From: Vicinamibacteria bacterium
Lineage (GTDB): Bacteria > Acidobacteriota > Vicinamibacteria > Marinacidobacterales > Marinacidobacteraceae
Assembly: GCA_963668695.2 (NCBI GenBank)
Contig: CAXXLQ010000004.1
Location: forward strand, 576,001-640,000
Direction: 5' to 3'
DNA: 64,000 bases
Both the position numbers and the translations under genes were made by a program. The notes under the pieces were generated by a model, which was not told the origin of the DNA, did no database searches, and saw only the letters and a list, made by a program, of their open reading frames with translations. This document shows, piece by piece, positions 61,343-64,000 of the stretch. Every line of letters starts with the position of its first letter. Position 1 is the first letter of the stretch.

Positions 61343-63019
61343 TGTACGAACGAGACATGGGTAACACAGTGGACCGGACACATGGGTAACACTTTGAGAG
61401 CCGTCATCCCGGACGTGATGGTGCGCGGCGGCGGTCTCTGGTGTCCGGACCTGGTCCGGCGGGGCGCCGGCGGGGGAGCGGTGGACCGTTGCGGTTAGGC
61501 GCCACTCCTTCCCGTCCAAATCCCTGCCGGGTTGAAGAGGATCAGGCTGTGGGAAGAGTGGGAAGAGCGTGCGCGTCCCCACCGCCCCCGCCGGACCATG
61601 CCCCCCGCGCTCATGCCCCACGCGTGCGCGCTTTCCACGCTTTCCACAGCGGCGGAACCGTCTCGGCGCTGGGGGCGCGACCCGCTGGGGTCCCGCGCCG
61701 ATCGCCCAGGGTGCGGAAGTCACTCGTCTCACCTTCCCCGTTCCTCGTTGGTTTGCCCAGGCCCGCGCCGCTTCCGACCCGGGTGGAGCAGCTTCCGCGA
61801 GCCACGCTCGATCAGGCCGAGTTCCAGATCCGCGAAGCGCACGACCCAGGGGCCTCCCGGAGTCTCCGCAATCCCGACCGGCTCCCCCGCCAACGCCATG
61901 CTCACGAAGATGTGACGACCGCCCCACTTGATCGAACCATCGCTCCTCACCTGCCGCACCGCATGCTCCGCGGCATACCACGGCTTCGGCAGCGGCTTCG
62001 GATACTCCCGCTCGGAACGACGGTAGAACGTCGCCGGGACCTCCTGACCCAGCGCCTCGTGCGGCCGCCGCTCGTTGAAATCCTCCCGATACCGGTCGAA
62101 CCGCTCCTGCTGCTCCGCTACCGTCGCCGCTGCTGGCCGCGTCGTCTCCTTCTGCAGCGTCGCGTGCATCCGCTCGTGAGACCCGTTCTGGAACGGCTTC
62201 CCCGGATCGATCCGCTCCAACCGGATCCCCGCCTTCACCCAATCCACCGACAACCGCGACAGGCCACCAACCCCCGGCCCCGCGAACGGCGTCCCGTTGT
62301 CCGAGCGCATGGCGCCCGGCACCCCGTAGCGCTCGAACAGCGTCTCCATCTCCTGACGCACTTCCTCCGTCCGAATCGGAAGGATCACCAACGACAGGAT
62401 GAACCGGCTGCTCAAATCCGTGACCGTCAGCGGGTCGCAGCGCACCCCGTCCCGCGTCCGGAACCACCCCTTGAAGTCGATGCCCCAGATGTCGTTCGGG
62501 GCCTTCGGCTCCCGCAGCGGCCCGCTGCGCCTCCACCGCCGCCGCTGGCTACGCCCGTCGGGACTCACCAAGCCCTCCCTGCGGAGCACCTCGCCGATCG
62601 TGCTCGGCGCTGGCCACCCAACTCCCGGATACCGTCTCTCCAACTGCCAGCGCAGCTTCTTCGGGCCCCAGTGCGGCCGCTCCCGACGAACCTCCACGAT
62701 CGCCGCCACCTTTTCCGCAGACAACGCGTTCGCCCGCCGCCGCGGAGCTCGCGACCGGTCCTCCAGACCTCGCGTCCCTTCCTGGTCATACCGCCGCAGC
62801 CACTTGTAGCCCGTCTTCCGGCTCACCCCGAACTGCTCGCACAGCGACGCCACCGAACAATCCCCCCGCAGGCGCGCCACAACGAACTCCTTCCTCAGTT
62901 CCATAGGACTTCTCTCTTTCCAGGGCATCGATCTCCCTCCCGATCGTTGCCCACCATCTCACCAAAACTGTCACCTATGTGTCCGGTCCAAGCTGTTACC
63001 CATGTCTCCGGTCCGCACA
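61343..63019 (-). mobile_element. IS481-family insertion sequence, 4-bp TSD GGAG
   Basis: TGT..ACA ends; repeated ACATGGGTAAC sub-terminal motifs; GGAG on both sides. Confidence 0.92.
61729..62928 (-). CDS. IS481-family DDE transposase
   Basis: MPWKE.., GVSRKTGYKW, WGIDFKG, SDNG.PF, QNGSHERMH. Confidence 0.95.
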   Translation of the reverse strand: MPWKERSPMELRKEFVVARLRGDCSVASLCEQFGVSRKTGYKWLRRYDQEGTRGLEDRSRAPRRRANALSAEKVAAIVEVRRERPHWGPKKLRWQLERRYPGVGWPAPSTIGEVLRREGLVSPDGRSQRRRWRRSGPLREPKAPNDIWGIDFKGWFRTRDGVRCDPLTVTDLSSRFILSLVILPIRTEEVRQEMETLFERYGVPGAMRSDNGTPFAGPGVGGLSRLSVDWVKAGIRLERIDPGKPFQNGSHERMHATLQKETTRPAAATVAEQQERFDRYREDFNERRPHEALGQEVPATFYRRSEREYPKPLPKPWYAAEHAVRQVRSDGSIKWGGRHIFVSMALAGEPVGIAETPGGPWVVRFADLELGLIERGSRKLLHPGRKRRGPGQTNEERGR

Positions 63020-63122
63020 GGAGGGGAAACCCCTCCCCGCTCCCCGCACCCCTCCCCCGCGGCGCTCCGCGCCGCGGACAAGACCGCTTTCGCCACCGCC
63101 GGCGAAGCACAACGGCGCCCCC

Positions 63123-64000
63123 TCAGAAGGGCATCCGGCCGGGGGCCAGAACCCCATCGGGATCGAAGGCCGCCTTGATGCGGCGTGAGAGCGCTCCGAC
63201 CGGTGCGGGCGGCGGCGGGTAGCAGGCGGGATGGTCTCGCTTCCAGCCAGCCGGGGCGGTTTCGACAATCGCGGAGACGCCCGGTTCTCTGCCCAGAGCT
63301 TCGAGGGCCGCGTCGCAGTCGGTCGTCGGGACTGACGCGATGGCGCGTCGCTGGTCGGGGAAGGCGACGGGCGGACCGAACGCGGCGAGTCTCCACACGG
63401 TGCGTAGCAAGGCCTCCCGGGGACCGCGAAGCGAAAGACCCAGCGTTTTCTGCCGATGGGGAACCACGGCGGCGAAATCCCGGACCCCTGCCCAGAACTC
63501 CTCCTCGTCGGAGCCCTCGAGGATTCTCCCCGTCCCTCCCGCGGCCTTCACCACCCCGTCCGGGGACACCGCGGCTTCCTCCCTGAGTCCCTCGAAACGT
63601 ATTGCCAGGCGAAAGCCTCCTTCTTCGGGAAGCCCGGGGAGGCCCGTTCCCGGAGGTACCACCGCGACCGCCGCCGGACCGGGCGCCGCGGCGGCCGCCG
63701 CCAGCACCCGGTCCGCAAACCGTTCGACCGAATCAGAAATCGGGAGGCGCGCGACCACCGTGCGCGAGGCTTCGGGAAACGCCCGGAGCCGCACGGTGAC
63801 CCGCGTGATGGCGCCCAGGGTCCCGAGCGAGCCGGTGAAGAGCTTGGTCAACTCGTAACCCGTCACGTTCTTTACGACCCGCCCGCCGGATCGGATGCGT
63901 GTCCCGGCGGCCAGCACCGCCGACAGGCCGAGCAGGAGATCCCGGGGACGAGACCCGGGAACCACGCGGAACCCGGGGTCGCCCGCGGCGATCACGCCTC
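63123..64000 (-). CDS. glcE: FAD-binding glycolate oxidase subunit, 5' part outside the window
   Basis: GGRVVKNVTGYE..KL..GSLGTLG, IKAAFDP.G.L.PGR; upstream of glcF. Confidence 0.85.
   Translation of the reverse strand, partial: GVIAAGDPGFRVVPGSRPRDLLLGLSAVLAAGTRIRSGGRVVKNVTGYELTKLFTGSLGTLGAITRVTVRLRAFPEASRTVVARLPISDSVERFADRVLAAAAAAPGPAAVAVVPPGTGLPGLPEEGGFRLAIRFEGLREEAAVSPDGVVKAAGGTGRILEGSDEEEFWAGVRDFAAVVPHRQKTLGLSLRGPREALLRTVWRLAAFGPPVAFPDQRRAIASVPTTDCDAALEALGREPGVSAIVETAPAGWKRDHPACYPPPPAPVGALSRRIKAAFDPDGVLAPGRMPF

Larger units (their letters stand above)
61203..63079 (-). mobile_element. Repeat/MITE family 3, copy 3, split by IS481
   Basis: 61203-61342 and 63024-63079 rejoin to match 12483-12673. 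Confidence 0.75.

Noticed and set aside
61343-63019. IS481 as the transposase mobilising the MITEs
   Set aside because: Its TGT..ACA ends and GGAG duplication do not match the CAGCC ends or YTAR targets.

Overview
High-GC bacterial chromosomal segment, probably Acidobacteriota (inferred from an ADOP-type duplicated permease and the gene mix). It carries housekeeping genes (uvrA, uvrC, trpS, scpAB, an rluB-cmk fusion, trmB, katG, glcEF), many secreted hydrolases, six toxin-antitoxin modules (AbiE, two VapC modules, two HipBA-like, ParDE-like), orphan AAA ATPases and one intact IS481-family element. The most unusual signal is non-coding, a layered set of small mobile DNAs. (1) About 15 copies of a ~115-380 bp MITE with CAGCC...GGCTG ends sit mostly at stop/start junctions, disrupt the AbiEii toxin, and insert into themselves as double and triple nests. 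(2) An 18-19 nt unit, CCCCACCGGGAGAACTGG (roughly 45 copies counted by eye), is present or absent at six or more slots of the MITE and inside REP palindromes, in both orientations and as 1-3 tandem copies. (3) Two further repeat families are present, one split by the IS481. Also notable are two tandem secreted OB-fold-like proteins with poly-Arg tails behind a shared structured leader. Several 1-2 bp frameshifts could be assembly errors. All calls come from motif recognition by eye; no database searches were run.
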